A stretch of 64,000 nt of DNA, from positions 1,736,001 through 1,800,000 of the forward strand of contig JAPDFW010000059.1 of the NCBI GenBank assembly GCA_028826165.1, written 5' to 3'. The position numbers were made by a program, and so were the translations under genes. This DNA is from Anaeramoeba ignava BMAN (taxonomy: Eukaryota > Protista > Anaeramoebae). Below, piece after piece: positions 1-14,276 of this stretch (positions are counted from its first letter, which is position 1; each line of letters starts with the position of its first letter). A model generated the notes under the pieces. The model saw nothing but the letters and a program-made list of their open reading frames with translations, had not been told where the DNA came from and searched no databases.

Positions 1-333
1 AGTTGATTTCTTAATTCGTATTTTTCTTTTTTGTTGATTATGATGCAAATCATAATATATAAAAGTGAAATACATTTTTTTTCCTTTTTTCTCTAGATCT
101 ATAAATCGATGAGGTTTTTTGTTGAATAAAAGACACAAAATATGTTTTTTGCTGACAAAATAATCCTTTTGATTTTTTCTTGATATTTTATATAATTTGC
201 CAAATCCTTTTATTGTGTGGCTGACTAATTTTGGCAAATAATCCACACCTAATACTTGTTCATTTTGTTTGATATCTTGAATTTTTTTGGTTGTGAAATT
301 TGACATGAGAATTTTTGTATTTGCAGCAAAGCA
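1..333 (-). mobile_element. Intein, N-terminal part, inserted in the Cdc14 active-site motif
   Basis: After VAVH the expected CKAGLGR is replaced by CFAANTKILMSNFTTKKIQDIKQNEQVLG (block A-like) and later YFVSKKHILCL (block B-like His). The C-terminal part lies outside the window. Confidence 0.88.
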
Positions 334-2705
334 ATGCACAGCAACACCACCTTTTTTTTCTGTTGAATTTCCATTATTATTTTTGATATCATTTTTATCC
401 TTTTTCTTCTTATTATCGTTATCAATGATAACGTTATTTTTTGGTAAATTTGAATTATTTTCTTCATCACACAAATTGCTTTGATCATCTATATTAATTT
501 CTTTCTCAACAATATTAAGAAAATGGTTGATAATTTTCCAAGAAGGAACACCACCATCTTCATAATACAAGTGATGGTGAGAAATGTTGTTTTGAATGAA
601 TATTTGAGAATCATACAAAGGCAAATTGAGTCTGATAATTGATGTGATCCCTATTTTTTGGAAATGTTCAACATATTTATCCAGACTCCAAAAATAATAT
701 TTCATCAAATTTTCTGCAATCATCATTTTTTCTGGGCTTAATGGTCTTGAGAAACGTGATGGCAAAGTATTTCTTTGAACAAATTTTTTCTTTGATTCTT
801 TTTTCTTTTTCTTTTTCTTTTTCTGATCAGTTGAAGGAGTTATTTTTTCATTTTCTGGTTTATATTCATTTGAAAAATCTCTTGGAGAAGAAAATGCAAG
901 AAGTTTTCCAGGGATAATCCAATTCATATCCCCATTTTCTATTTTATCATGATATACAAACTCTTCAATTGAAAAAGTTTCGAAATTATAAAATCCACAT
1001 TTCATTGCTTTATATAAACCATTTAAAACATCTAAAACTGTTAATGAAAATGTTTGACGTAAATATGAAGCGTCTCTAAAGCTAATTATTTTATCTATTT
1101 TTTCGAAAGGTTTAAAAGCTTCTTCTGGTGTTTTTTCCATTGCAATCATCATAAATGAACAAATTAAAACAGCTGAGTTTGTAAAACTTTCTGGAGTATC
1201 AAGACAATAAAAGATGATTTTTTTTTGAGTTAATTCTGGATCCTAAAAATTTATTTATAAAATTAAATTAAAATTTATAAAATTAAATTAAAATTTATAA
1301 AATTAATATAAAATTTATTTATAAAATTAAAATTCATTTATAAAATTAAATTAAAATTTATTTATAAAATTAAATTAAAATTTATTTATATTAAATTAAA
1401 ATTTATTTATAAAATTAAATTAAATTCATTTATAAAATTTATATTAAAATTTATTTATAAAATTAAATTAAATTCATTTATAAAATTAAATTAAAATTTA
1501 TTTATAAAATTAAATTAAAATTTATTTATAAAATTAAATTAAATTCATTTATTAAATTAAAATTAAAATTTATTTATAAAATTATATTAAATTTTATTTA
1601 TAATATTATATTAAAATTTATTTATAAAAATTAATATTAAATTTATTTATAAAATTTTAATTTAAATTCATTTATAAAATTTATATTAAATTAAAATTTA
1701 TTTATAAAATTAAATTAAAATTTATTTATAAATAAAATTTAAATTCATTTATAAAATTTATATTAAAATTTATTTATAAAATGTCATGTAAAAATTATAT
1801 TTTTGTTTTACATTCATTTATAAAATTAAATTCATTTATAAAATTAAAATTTATTTATAAAATTAAATTCATTTATAAAATTAAAATTTATTTATAAAAT
1901 TAAAATAAAAATTTATTTATAAAATTAAATTCATTTATAAAATTAAATTCATTTATTAAATTAAAATTTATTTATAAAATTGAATTAAAATTTATTTATA
2001 AAATTATATTAAAATTCATTTATAAAATTATATTAAATTCATTTATAAAAATGTCATGTAAAAATTATATTTTGTTTTACATTCATTTATAAAATTAAAT
2101 TCATTTATAAAATTAAAATTTATTTATAAAATTAAATTAAAATTTATTTATAAAATTAAATTAAAATTTATTTATAAAATTAAATTAAAATTCATTTATA
2201 AAATTAAATTCATTTATTAAATTAAAATTTATTTATAAAATTAATATTAAATTCATTTATAAAATTAAAATTAAAATTTATTTATAAAATTATATTAAAA
2301 TTTATATATAAAATTTAAATTCATTTATAAAACTAAATTTAATTCATTTATAAAATTAAATTAAAATTATTTATAAAATTAAATTAAAATTTATTTATAA
2401 AATTAAATTAAAATTTATTTATAAAATAAAATTCATTTATAAAATTTATATTAAAATTCATTTATAAAATTTCATGTAAAAATTATATTTTGTTTTACAT
2501 TCATTTTTTCAAATAAAATTTCACAAAATTTTGTAATTTGTGCTAAATTATAAGGTCCAAAATCATTTGCAAATGGTTGATAAATAAATTCATTCTCAAT
2601 TGTAAAATAATGATCATTAGATTTTGAAGAATCAAGAATTATTTTTGAACAAAAGAAATATAATCGATTTTTTATAAAATCAAAGAAATGAACTCTTTTT
2701 AACAT
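1..2705 (-). CDS. CDC14: Cdc14-family dual-specificity phosphatase, 3' partial, intein-containing. Exon1 2705-2499, intron 2498-1243, exon2 1242-<1
   Basis: Exon1 has YQPFANDFGPYNL. A phase-0 GT..AG join gives exon2 with FRDAS, ENGDMNWIIPGKLLAF, IIRLN, YEDGGVP and GGVAVHC. The frame stays open to base 1. Confidence 0.93.
1243..2498 (-). repeat. Cdc14 intron expanded by an AT-rich minisatellite (about 20-25 bp, TTAAAATTTATTTATAAAATTAAA-like)
   Basis: Imperfect tandem repeats between the GT donor (2498) and AG acceptor (1243). Confidence 0.9.
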
Positions 2706-2966
2706 AATTATAAATTTAGCAAAAAGAAAATTGAGAAAAAAAAAATAAAAAATAAAATAATTTTGCGTTAAATTAATATAATTTAATCAATTTCTTTTGT
2801 GTTTTTATTTTATATTTTCTTTTTTGTTTTAAATCAACTAGAAGAATAAAAAGCAAAAAAAAGAAGAAAAATGAATTATTTAAATCTTATTTAAAAAAAA
2901 AAATAATTTATTTCAAAGTTATGAAAAATAAATTATTTGAATAACAAAACAAAAAAAAATATAATT

Positions 2967-5900
2967 TCAATTTGTTAGAAAAACACCAACAAGTAAATCA
3001 CCATTTTGTAAACCAACAAATAAAAATTGTCCAAATGAAGAAAAAGCTAAAGAAGAAATTCCACAATCCAAAACAAGATTATCAATTGAAGTAAGTGAAT
3101 GCAGATGAAATAATTGGAGAACGGAATCAGAAGCTCCAGTGATTAAATATTCTTCATCGTCACTAATTATCATTGATTGAATTTTGTTTGTGACAAAATT
3201 CTTATGAAGTAAATCTCCATTTATTGAATAAAGAAAAAGTGATTGATCTTTTTCCAAGAACATGACAATATATCCAAATTTGGGACAAATACGAACATTT
3301 GTAATTGGGATATTATTTTTGGGATAAATTGATCGAAGATATTCTCCTGATTTAAGTGAGTGAATCATCAAAGATCCATCTTTTGAACCTGAAACCACAA
3401 TATCTAATTCACAATTGATTTTAAGACAAGTAATTTCATCATCATGGCCTGTTAGAACATGAAGAGGTTTTCGAGGAATAATTCTGTTCAGATTTTTCAA
3501 GTTGATTTTCCAAATGATGATTGTTGTATCATATGATCCAGTTGCTAAATATGAATCTTGATCAATTGCTAAACAGGATACTATATCTTTATGATAAAAA
3601 ATAGTTTGTATTAATCTTCCATCTTCTGTACAATTGATTTTGAAACTGTTATCCCAATATCCACAACTAAAAAATATTTTCCCATTTTTGGATAATGCAA
3701 ATTTATTTTCTTCTATGATTTTTTCATTAATAAATGAACATCCAATTCGATTTTGTGTTTTTGTTATTCGATCAATTTCTAAAATGAAAGGAAGGGATGA
3801 ACTATTTGCTGATATTGCTTCTTTTTTAATTTCTTGTGAAGGATTTTGGTTTTGATTTATATTTTCATTTTTAATTTGATTTTGATTTTGATTTTCATTT
3901 TTAATTTGATTTTGATTTTCATTTTGATTTTGATTTTGATTTTGATTTTGATTTTCATTTTCAATTTGATTTTCATTTTGATTTTGATTTTGATTTTGAT
4001 TTTGATTTTCAATTTGATTTTCATTTTCATTTTGATTTTGATTTTCAATTTGATTTTCAATTTGATTTTGATTTTCAATTTGATTTTCAATTTGATTTTT
4101 ATTTTGATTTTCATTTTCAATTTGATTTTGATTTTGATTTTGATTTATATTTTGATTTATATTTTCAATTTGATTTTGAATTTGATTTTGATTTTGATTT
4201 TGATTTTGATTTTGATTTATATTTTGATTTTGATTTTTATTTTCAATTTGATTTTTGATTTTCATTTGATTTTTTCATTTTCATTTTTTGATTTTGATTT
4301 TGATTTTCAATTTGATTTTCAATTTGATTTTTATTTTGATTTTCAATTTGATTTTGATTTTGATTTTTATTTTCAATTTGATTTTCAATTTGATTTTTAT
4401 TTTCAATTTGTTTTTGATTTTCAATTATATTCTCATTTTCAATTTGATTTTGATTTTGATTTTGATTTTCAATTTGATTTTGATTTATATTTTCATTTTC
4501 ATTTTCATTTTGTTTTTCATTTTGAATTTGATTTTGATTTTGATTTTGATTTTCAATTTGATTTTGATTTATATTTTCATTTTGTTTTTCATTTTGAATT
4601 TGATTTTGATTTTGATTTTGATTTTGATCTTCATTTTGATTTTCATTTTCATTTTGTTTTTCATTTTCATTTTCAATTTGATTTTCATTTTTATTTTCAA
4701 TTTGATTTTCAATTTGTTTTTGATTTTCATTTTCATTTTCAATTTGTTTTTGATTTTCATTTTGTTTTTCAATTTGTTTTTCATTTTGTTTTTCAATTTG
4801 ATTTTCAATTTGATTTATATTTTCAATTTGATTTTGATTTTGATTTTGATTTTCAATTTGATTTTCAATTTGATTTATATTTTCATTTATATTTTCATTT
4901 TTATTTTCAATTTGATTTTGATTTTCAATTTGATTTTCAATTTGATTTTCATTTTCATTTTCATTTTGATTTTCAATTTGATTTTGATTTTCATTTTCAT
5001 TTTCAATTTGATTTTCATTTTCATTTTCATTTTGATTTTCATTTTGATTTTGATTTTGTTTTTCATTTTCATTTTCATTTTCAATTTGATTTTCATTTTC
5101 ATTTTCATTTTGTTTTTCATTTTCATTTTCAATTTCATTTTCATTTTCAATTTGTTTTTCAATTTGATTTTCATTTTGTTTTTCATTTTCATTTTCATTT
5201 TCATTTTCATTTTCATTTTCATTTTCATTTTCAATTTCATTTTCATTTTCGTTTTCAATTAAATTTTGTTTTTCATTATTCAAAATCTTTGGCTCTTGTT
5301 CTAACAATACAATTAATTTCTCTAAATATTCTGCATTCTTTTGTAAATTTGGTTTAAATTTATGAAATCCTAATCTTCGATCTAAATCAAATGTTATTAA
5401 ATAAAACCATCCAGAATCATTGGATAATTGATATTGAAATGAAAAAGTTTGGACATTCGATAACCCAATAAATTTCAAAGAAGATTTTGGATGAAAAGAT
5501 TCAGCTTTAATTTGGAACATTTCCAATTTACTAAATTGATTTGCATCAAATTTTCTGAGGTTAAAATGATAAAAAAATCCATTTGAAGAATAAATTTGGG
5601 AAAGAGTCAAACGTTTTGGATGAGGACGTTTAAATAATTGTATTGGAGTTTGTCCGAAATTTTTGACTTGAATTTTCAACGCAACAAGTTCCTGTTCGTC
5701 TTGAGTAGAATCAAAGTTGATATTGTTTTCATAAGTTGTATAATAGAATAAATTGTTGGCTTTAACTGCAGATTTTCCTTGTTGCTTATTTCCAAAAATA
5801 AGATCAATCCAGTTGTTGATATTTGCAGAAACATATTCACTTTCGAGAGCTTGGCGATGAATTCGGATAAAATCATGAGCATTTTTCGCCCATCGAGGCA

Positions 5901-8900
5901 GAATACAGTTATAAATTCGATCTCCTTGGTGCTTTACACCGAGATCAAGATTGTTGATGTTCATCAAGAAATCAGGAAGATAGAAAAACTCAGGAAGTAA
6001 TTCTTTGAGATCTTGCAAGTCTCGCGTGCAATTTATCCATGAAGATCCGATTGAGTAAAAAATACGATCTGCAGAATCAAATTTTTCATCATGAACACGC
6101 AACGCAAGAGAAGTAAAAGGTTCAATTCTGATTAAGAAGAAAGCAACAATTCCTGGATTGGAATAGTGAGATCCATAGTGGAAAGGCGGAATAAGCGTGT
6201 TTGATTGTTTGCACTGTTTGTATCTTTGGATATAATTTTCCAATCGTGTTGGATTAAGTGCGCCAATAGGAAGTGATAAATCCCGATACACTGAAGGATC
6301 GGAGAGATCTAATGTCTCGCTTTCGTATTGAGAAAGGATCCATGGAAATACAGGATATTGAGAAACATCATTTGTTGATCTTCCTGAAAAAATATTCAAA
6401 TGCATCAAATATTCAAAATTACTGATCTGTCTTGTTTGCCAAAGTTTCGTATACTCCTCCTTCTGGAAACATTCCGCAGCATCACTCGAAATCGAATGAT
6501 ACATAAGATTGGGCGGATGAAGCATCAGAAGTTCATGATACACTTTGGATCGATTTTCAACTGAAAAATTCAAGAAAAAGGATTTTCCTGTTGTTAAAAA
6601 TATCTCAAGTGCAGAATGGCAGAAAAGATATCTGCGTTTGTGGATTGCATAGATTGTTTTCACACGCCATGAGCGGTCTCCAGATTTCTTCGCACTTTCG
6701 TATTTTGGTTTTTGGACCGATTCTTTTTGCTCGTTGTTGTTTTCGTCTTCAGAATTTTGTTTAACGAGAAAAATTATTTTTTTGTGCGAAATTTGGATTT
6801 TTCCTTCAATTTCTTGATACATGTGAATTAGTTGACAAGGAACAATTAAAATGATATCATTTTTATTTGTGATTGTTTCCTCGTTTTTTTCTGAAACTTC
6901 AAAATTTTCAGGAGATTTTTTTGGATCCTGTGGTTCATTTTTCCAATCAATTTGCATATAAACATTGTCTTCAGGAAAAGTAAGAGGAAATGAATCAAGT
7001 TGTGATTCAGTTATTTTTTGCGATTCAAGAAGATCAATTGCCTTATACTTCGAAATTTTTTTGTCTCTTCTAATCGCAGCTATTTTATATTTGTGTGTAT
7101 CCTTATAAGAAACTTTGGTCTTTCTTCTGCGATAAAGAGAATCTATGCGAGAATCAAGTCTCCATAATTTCTGTGAAGAAGATTCTTTACTGTCAAGATT
7201 TACACTCCAAGGTCCTCTTTCAGAGGTTAACCATCTTGCGCATTTTTCCCATAAATATCCTGAATAGTAGAATCTTTTCTGAGCAAAAGATTCTTCTTTC
7301 ATGTTCTTCTTACGTTGGTTTTGGTGGATCTCAGAATATTTTTGATTTACTCGAAATTGGAAATTATTGCATGCTTCAGTGTCAATGAGAACTTGTTTTT
7401 TCACTGCTTGTCGAAGAATGGCGGCTTTTTCTTTCATTTCGGTCTTGATTGTTTTGAGTTTCTCATTTGTGAGGTTCTCAACTTCTGTGCGAAATTTGGT
7501 GAAAACCAGATCTATTGCTGGATTTCTATTATTTGTTTTAAATCCTGAAATCATTTGAATATCTTGAATATTTGGTTCCAAAATTGATGTGTTTAAATTT
7601 TTCACAATTATCCAGCATTTATCAAGAAGATCTCCAATAAGTTGTTGTATTTCTTCTTCTTGAGCATCTACAAGCCCATCATTATCAAGCCTATCCCATA
7701 AAGCAAGTACTAATTTCGTGTAAACTTGCGAATCAGAAAAATTTCTTGGTAATTCCTTTAAAGAAGGTTCAATTATAAATGATTTGATTTTCTTCAGTAT
7801 TTCTTTTTGTGATGAAACTGACCCAAATGCTTCAAGTAATAAATCGGAAACACTCAGAAAAAATTCTTGGTTTGTGGGTTTATCAAGCATATTCCGACGA
7901 TTTCTAAAGAATCCAAAATTCTCAAGAAACTCTATCACTTTGAAAACGAGGAAATTTGTTTTTTCTTCGAAATTCCAATTTTTTTCCATTTTTTCATCTT
8001 TTTCAGGAATCACATCTTCATCTAAATTTGCTTCCCAATCAGAAACATTTTTGGCAGCGATTGTACGCATAGAATACATATGGAGCTTTCCAAGAAACTT
8101 ATTCTTCTTGGATTTTTCAACATCACTTATATCTGTCATATTTTTTTGATTTGTGATATTTGTCCCGAATTTATTTGATTTAATGAGTATTAAAATTTTG
8201 CAAATAAGAATTCCCAGATGTGCAATATTTCCTCTTTCCATCTTTGTGATATTCGAGATTGCGGTGTTTGAATTGTAGCGTTTGGAAAGTTTATGGATCA
8301 TTTTTAAAGATAAAAGATGAAGAAGTTTGTGGCGCTCTAAAGAAGTTAATTGCACTAATTTCTGAACAACAACGATAGTCTGATCGAAATCTGACCATCC
8401 GTTCTTGATCCCAATGCGATGAGTGTGGACATGGGTGAATATTTTGAGGATTGTATTGTTGAACTTCTCACGCAAAATATTCGCTCGTGATTTTGGTTTT
8501 TGAGGAAGGGATGTTTCAAGAGATTTTTTTATGAGTTTGAGCGGATTTGGATCAGATGAGACTAATGAAAAATCAAAGATCAAAATGAGTCTCTGACGCC
8601 AATTGATTTGGTTGAGTAAAATGGAAGTTGTATCGAGATTTTTTGTGATTAATTTGGATATCATTTTGAGTGTTGTCAAAGCGGGCTGATTTTTGTGTTT
8701 TGAGATTGAAGCAAGGAGAACAGACAACACAGAAGGACGGCATATAGGCTGAGAGAAAAAGAGCCGTTCTTGATTCTTTCCAAACTCAATCTTTGTATCA
8801 AACATAAGAGAAAAGAGTATATTTGCGATCCGCCGCGATAAAGGTAAAGTAACAAGCAGCATGCCTATATATCGAACCCAATCCTCATCATCCTGAACAG

Positions 8901-11900
8901 GCTGCAAATTCAACGTCTTTCTTTTATGCTGACTTGTTTGTGTGTGCCAAAATAGCATTTCAAGTCCGAATTCGCAGATGGAAATATTTGAATTTTCGAT
9001 AAACATAAAAATAGTGTGAAAAAGATCAGGAATCTGAGAAATCGCCTCTGGTTTGATTTCCAGAACGTGATGCGCGACTTGAAGCACTGAGAACATTGTT
9101 GTGTTATCTTTCTCACGCAGATAGACACAAGTATTGAAGACATGGACAAGATCACTTGGTGAAAATTCATTTTCCAAAAAATTCGAAATGGATTTAAGAA
9201 GAACAGATTGAAGATATTGAACATCCTGGATTGTCAACAGAGGCAAATGAGTCTTTTCTGGGTTGTTATCTTTTCTTGCCTTCATTGCGCGAGAAAAGTT
9301 TGTTGGAACAATCCAGTAATAAGCGACTAGTATCCACATAAGTCGCGATACAGTGATCCAACATTTTCGAAATTTCATTTGGCGTCGATCGAACATTGCA
9401 GAGGATATTATGTTCAGAATCCCCTCTTGCACAGATCGCGCAGTGTAAATCCAAATGTCGAAATCTAAGATGAAATTCGCAATTAATTCCTCAAGAAAAT
9501 GTGCCTCGCTAATCTCAGTAATCATTCGGTTGATATTTTCCACCATCGCAAATTCAATCCAATTTGGAGGTGTTTTTCGGAATATATAACACAAGATGCG
9601 GAATCCGCGCGCACGAACCATGTCGTCCTGATTGATAGAGCTGATAAGTAACGCCTCGGTTATCATCTCAAATACCAGTGAAAATGAGTGTTTATTTTTT
9701 TGATCCAAATTTTCGTTCTCATTCGGATCAGATTTTGTTTTGATTAGTTGAACAAGCAATGGGAAGAATAATCTCATCCCTCCCACACAGTACAAAATAT
9801 CCACAAAGTTGCACGTGAAACATCTTGAAAGCCCCTCAGTCTGTGCTTGTATCTCCAAAGACGAGTGCTTTGGACTTTGGTCAATGCAAACCCCGTTTTC
9901 ACATGCTTTTGAATTGAAATTGAAAAAGATTTTTTCATTCAAAGATCTGGCAAATACGTTTGAAAAATGAGGACTTTTTTCAAAATTTTTCGACATTTCA
10001 ACGGTTTGTTCTGAAGGATGAAACGAGGAGATGTATTTAGGCCCAAGTTCAAAAATGCCTCGAATTTGCTGAGAAGAAAGAATATCATCAAAAATATAAA
10101 CGCATCCCATTTGTCCGAAAAAAAAGTTAGCGAGAACGAGTTCTTGTTTGTCTTCGCAAATATATCCAGCACCAATATGGTTTGAGCTCAAAGTTCCTGT
10201 GATTTTAGGAACATTTACAAGAATTCTTTCAGAAAAATTTCCGTTAAGATACACTCTGAATTCTGCAATTGTACGTTTTTGGAAGGAGATTGTAACAGCC
10301 AAGAAATGGTATCTGTGCGCAGAAATTTTGCATTTTGTGGAGATTGCCACTGAGTTTGTTTTGCGGGGTTTTGAAAGAAAGTTGATACAGAGATTTGCAT
10401 CATTGTCATCAATTAAGGACTGAGAAAGTGGATCAAGAAAAATTTCGATTCCTTGACAAGTGGGAGTCAATAAACTAAGGAGTCTCGGCTGGTAAATTTG
10501 TGTATGAATTGGGCTTGAAAAACTCTCCACTCTGAGCCATACTAAAAAGCTTATTCCCTTGCCTTCTATTGGTGGCCAAGATCCAAGAGAAGGTATTTTT
10601 AGACAAGATGTTCTTCCATCAAAATCGAAGAAAATTGGAGGTTCGTGCTTATTATTTGTGATCATCTGTTTCATTGCTCGAATAAAAAGTGCGGGATGTT
10701 TTGCTCTGTTTTGCTGAGAAAAGATATGCAACTTTTTAAAAAGAAGTCTCAATTCAGGAACAGTTATTCGATGAGCTCCCAACACGCCTAATAAACTACT
10801 TAGAGCTTGGCCTATTTCGGGAGATTGCACGTGTTCGATTGTCTCGATAAGAATATTGATGAGACCAGCCTCGCAACAGGAGGATTTGTTGTGAACTGAC
10901 TTGTTGCATATTGCTAACAACGTGTTTATCATTGAAGAAAATTTTTCATCTTCTTTTTTGGAAAACAAAGAGAAGAAAAGGAGAACAGCATCGGGAAGAT
11001 CAATTGCGTAATTCTGATTGATATCAAAGGATCTATTATTGACAATCAAGTCGAGAATCATTGAATAAACAGAGTCCGAAGGCTCGTGATTTTCGGCTTC
11101 GTAAAGAAGAACACCAAGACTATCAAAACCATAATTATGTTTAAAATACTCAATATTTGTACGACTTCCTCGGAAAAGTCCAATTAAATTTTGAAGCACA
11201 ATGTTCGTCATTTTGTTCCGAATTAAAGGGTTTGCTAATAAACTCAATAAAGAATCAAAAAATCCGACTTCTCTTAAGCCAGTTTGCAAAGCGATGGGAT
11301 TCTGAACCACAACCGATGAAAGCAAACGCGATATTTCAAGCAGAAAATTCAGTGAATCGTTTTCCACTTCTTGCTTTAAAAGCATATTTTGAAGATATCC
11401 TGTCATTTTGTCAACAAGAACTGAAAGGAAAATCCCTTGTTTTTCTTTTTCAGCGTTTTCTAGTGTCAAATCAACTGCAATTTGATGGATATGTTTCACT
11501 GCAAATTCGCGTGTTTCTGTGTCAGAAAGAAGATCCATTAATGTGTTAATTGTAATTGTGTCTTTGATAAGCGACGGCTTCACTTTCTCATTCAAAAGAA
11601 CATGATCCAAAAGTTCGAAAATGGAAATTTTTGCGAATTTTCTCATTTCTTTGATTTTCTGGAAATCCTCTTCATTTTCAGAACGAATTTGTTCCAAAAC
11701 TTCCGATCCTTTAATTGAAAGAACTCTTGCAACAATACTTATTGTCGGAAGTGCAAAATCTCTAATAAATGGTTTTCCAATAATGTTCCCATTTTTGTGC
11801 ATAATTGTAAGTAAAAGTTGTGATATTTCATGAATTACAATGATGTTTGTTGTATTGCTTTGAAGAATATTAACAAGTGCTCTAATTTCTGCAAAATGCC

Positions 11901-14276
11901 GATTTTTCTTTCTCATTGCAAAAATAAATAGTAATGAAAAGATGATTTGTTTTATGAGCATAAATTTGTTTTCCTTGATATCTGATACATAATTCTATCG
12001 AATATTTAATTTTTTATTTTTAATTTTTAATTTTGATTTAATTTCTAATTTTGCTTTACTTTCATTGAAAGATCAGGATAAAATGATTCTGAAAATAATT
12101 TCCCCCAAAAATCCTCATTTGAAACTAAAAATTCATCTTCTTCATGAATAGTATTTGTTAATAATGAAAGCACATATAATTGCAACTCTGGTGAAAAATT
12201 TCTTATTTTTTTGCGAATGGTGGCATTTTTTTCTGTATTTCGAAAATAGCGATTAAAAATATTCAAACAAATTGCAATAATTTTGATCCTTAAACTTGAT
12301 TTCTCATAATTTGTTTTTTTATATTTTTCAGTTGTTGTTGTTTTTGATGTTCTTGATTTTTTTAGCTGGTTTCGATAGCTTTGAGTTGAAATATCTGATA
12401 AAACTTGGAATAATTGGTTCAAATACATACTTTGATAATATTTTAATTTGGGCATTTTTGTGTAAATTACTATTTGAGTTTTTGTGCGTGGATCTTCACA
12501 GATTTCAAGAAAATTATCGTCATTTTGAAGTGGATCTTGAATATTATTTGCAGTGTTACTTATTGATATTTGGAAATTATTTTCCCAAATATTTTTTTCA
12601 TCTTTTAAATTTTCATTTTCTAAATTTTCATTTGAAATGATATTTTTTTCATCTTCTAGAAAAAAATTATTGAAAATATTCAAGATTAAATCACAAATAA
12701 CTTCCAAATGCATATGCTTGCATACCAAGAATTCATTCTCAGTATTTTCTGAAATTAAAGAACGTAAAATTTGCAAATTCAATAATTTTGTTTTGAACCA
12801 ATTTGACATAATTTGATCATGATTAAGAGGGCTATTAAACTCTATTAATTGCGGCAATATTTTCTTTTCAAAAGATTCTGATGAATCCGATGTTCCTTGA
12901 TAACAAAAAAATTCCTTTCTTAATTGACTTAGTTTGACTTGATCATCAATATCAATATGTGAATCAAATGATAAAATTGTTCCTAAACTTATCAATGAAT
13001 CATTCAAAGGTTGAAGAGCATTTCTGAAAATGTAATCAAGTATTTTATTGATCCATTTTGGTTTGATTTTTGAATAAGAACCCAAAATTATCAATAAATT
13101 GATTGTGTGAAAAAGAATATTAAAATGAGCCTCTGTAAGACAAACAATATTTTCGAAGGAAGTTATATTATCAACAAATGCTATTTTGTTTTTTGTTATT
13201 TATTTTTAAAATCCTCTCCAATTTTCTTATTGCTTTTTTTTTTTTTTCTCTTTAAAAAAAAAATACCTAAAGCAAATTCAATTAATTCTTCAAATTCAGA
13301 TTCCATTTGAAGTATTTGTTCAATATAAATTAAAAAAATTTGTAATAATTTCTCAATAAGGTATTGAATAAAAAGAAAATTTCTTTTTCTTGATTCTTTA
13401 AAACGTTGATCTTTTTCATCTATATGTGTTCGAATCTTTTTAGAAAGATTTAATTTAAATTTAATTTAAATTTTAATTTAAATTTGATTTAAAACCTTTT
13501 CAATAATTTTAGAATATAAAATAATAGCAGGCTTTGTTAATTCTGCTAAAATAAAACATAAATTATGCTCTAAAAAAAATAATTGATTAATTTTGGAACG
13601 AGATAATATCATTAACATTTCTAATGAAACTGCACTAAAATAAAGAGAAAAAGAACTTTGTTCAATTTTTTTCCTCATTTGTTCTTGATTTTTAGTTTCA
13701 TTTTCTGATTGAGTTGAATCACTTATTGATTTTTCTTTTAATTCTAAATTTAAAAGAAAAATGAATATTAAAAAATTTTTTAATAAAGAATAAATAATTT
13801 TTTTTACTTTCAAAAAGTAAATTGCAAAATTGTTTTAAAATTGTAATATTTGCTAAAATTAAGTCTTTTGGATGACAAGCATCTTGTTTTATTGCTTCTT
13901 GAATAAATTCTTCATTTTGTATAATATCAGAATTGATTTTAAATTGATTTTTTAGTGGAAATGAAACTGGAAACCAATTTTGATAAGTATCAATAAATTC
14001 TAATGAAAATTTATAAAACCAATTTGATAAAGAAATCTTCGATATAAAGAATTGTTTATTAAAAAAAGTTTTAAATTAATTTCTTTGTTTTGTTTATTTT
14101 GTTTATTTTTTAATTTTTACTGCTTCTATAAATTGATCTTTTTTAATATATAAATTTATTAAATTTTCATTTCCTAAAAATTTTGGAATTAAATTTCGAT
14201 CTTCTTTTTGTAAAGAAGGTTTTCTTGGTTTATTTTTATTTTTATTCTGATTCTTTGGAGAATTAGTTTTTTTCAT
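2967..14276 (-). CDS. Neurobeachin/LRBA-like BEACH protein (ConA-like, PH-BEACH, BEACH, WD40). Multi-exon, with one apparent frameshift near 4245-4290
   Basis: BEACH motifs ISNFEYLMHLN, QYPVFPW, FHYGSHYS, KELLPEFFY, WIDLIFG, FGQTPIQLF. C-terminal WD40 (SCGYWDNS, GHDDEI). ATG at 14276 with short 5' exons (14276-14121, about 14036-13808, others); large exon starts at 11994. Middle 5' exon boundaries are approximate. Confidence 0.9.
3846..5260 (-). repeat. Hexamer microsatellite (AATCAA/AATGAA/ATTGAA) encoding an N/Q/E-rich linker between BEACH and WD40
   Basis: Continuous 6-nt repeats read as ENQNQNQIEN in both flanking ORFs. Confidence 0.85.

Noticed and set aside
3846-5357. Long + strand ORFs (ILILIF, FDFQF) and MKIK ORFs
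   Set aside because: Alternative-frame or antisense readings of stop-free hexamer repeats in the BEACH gene.
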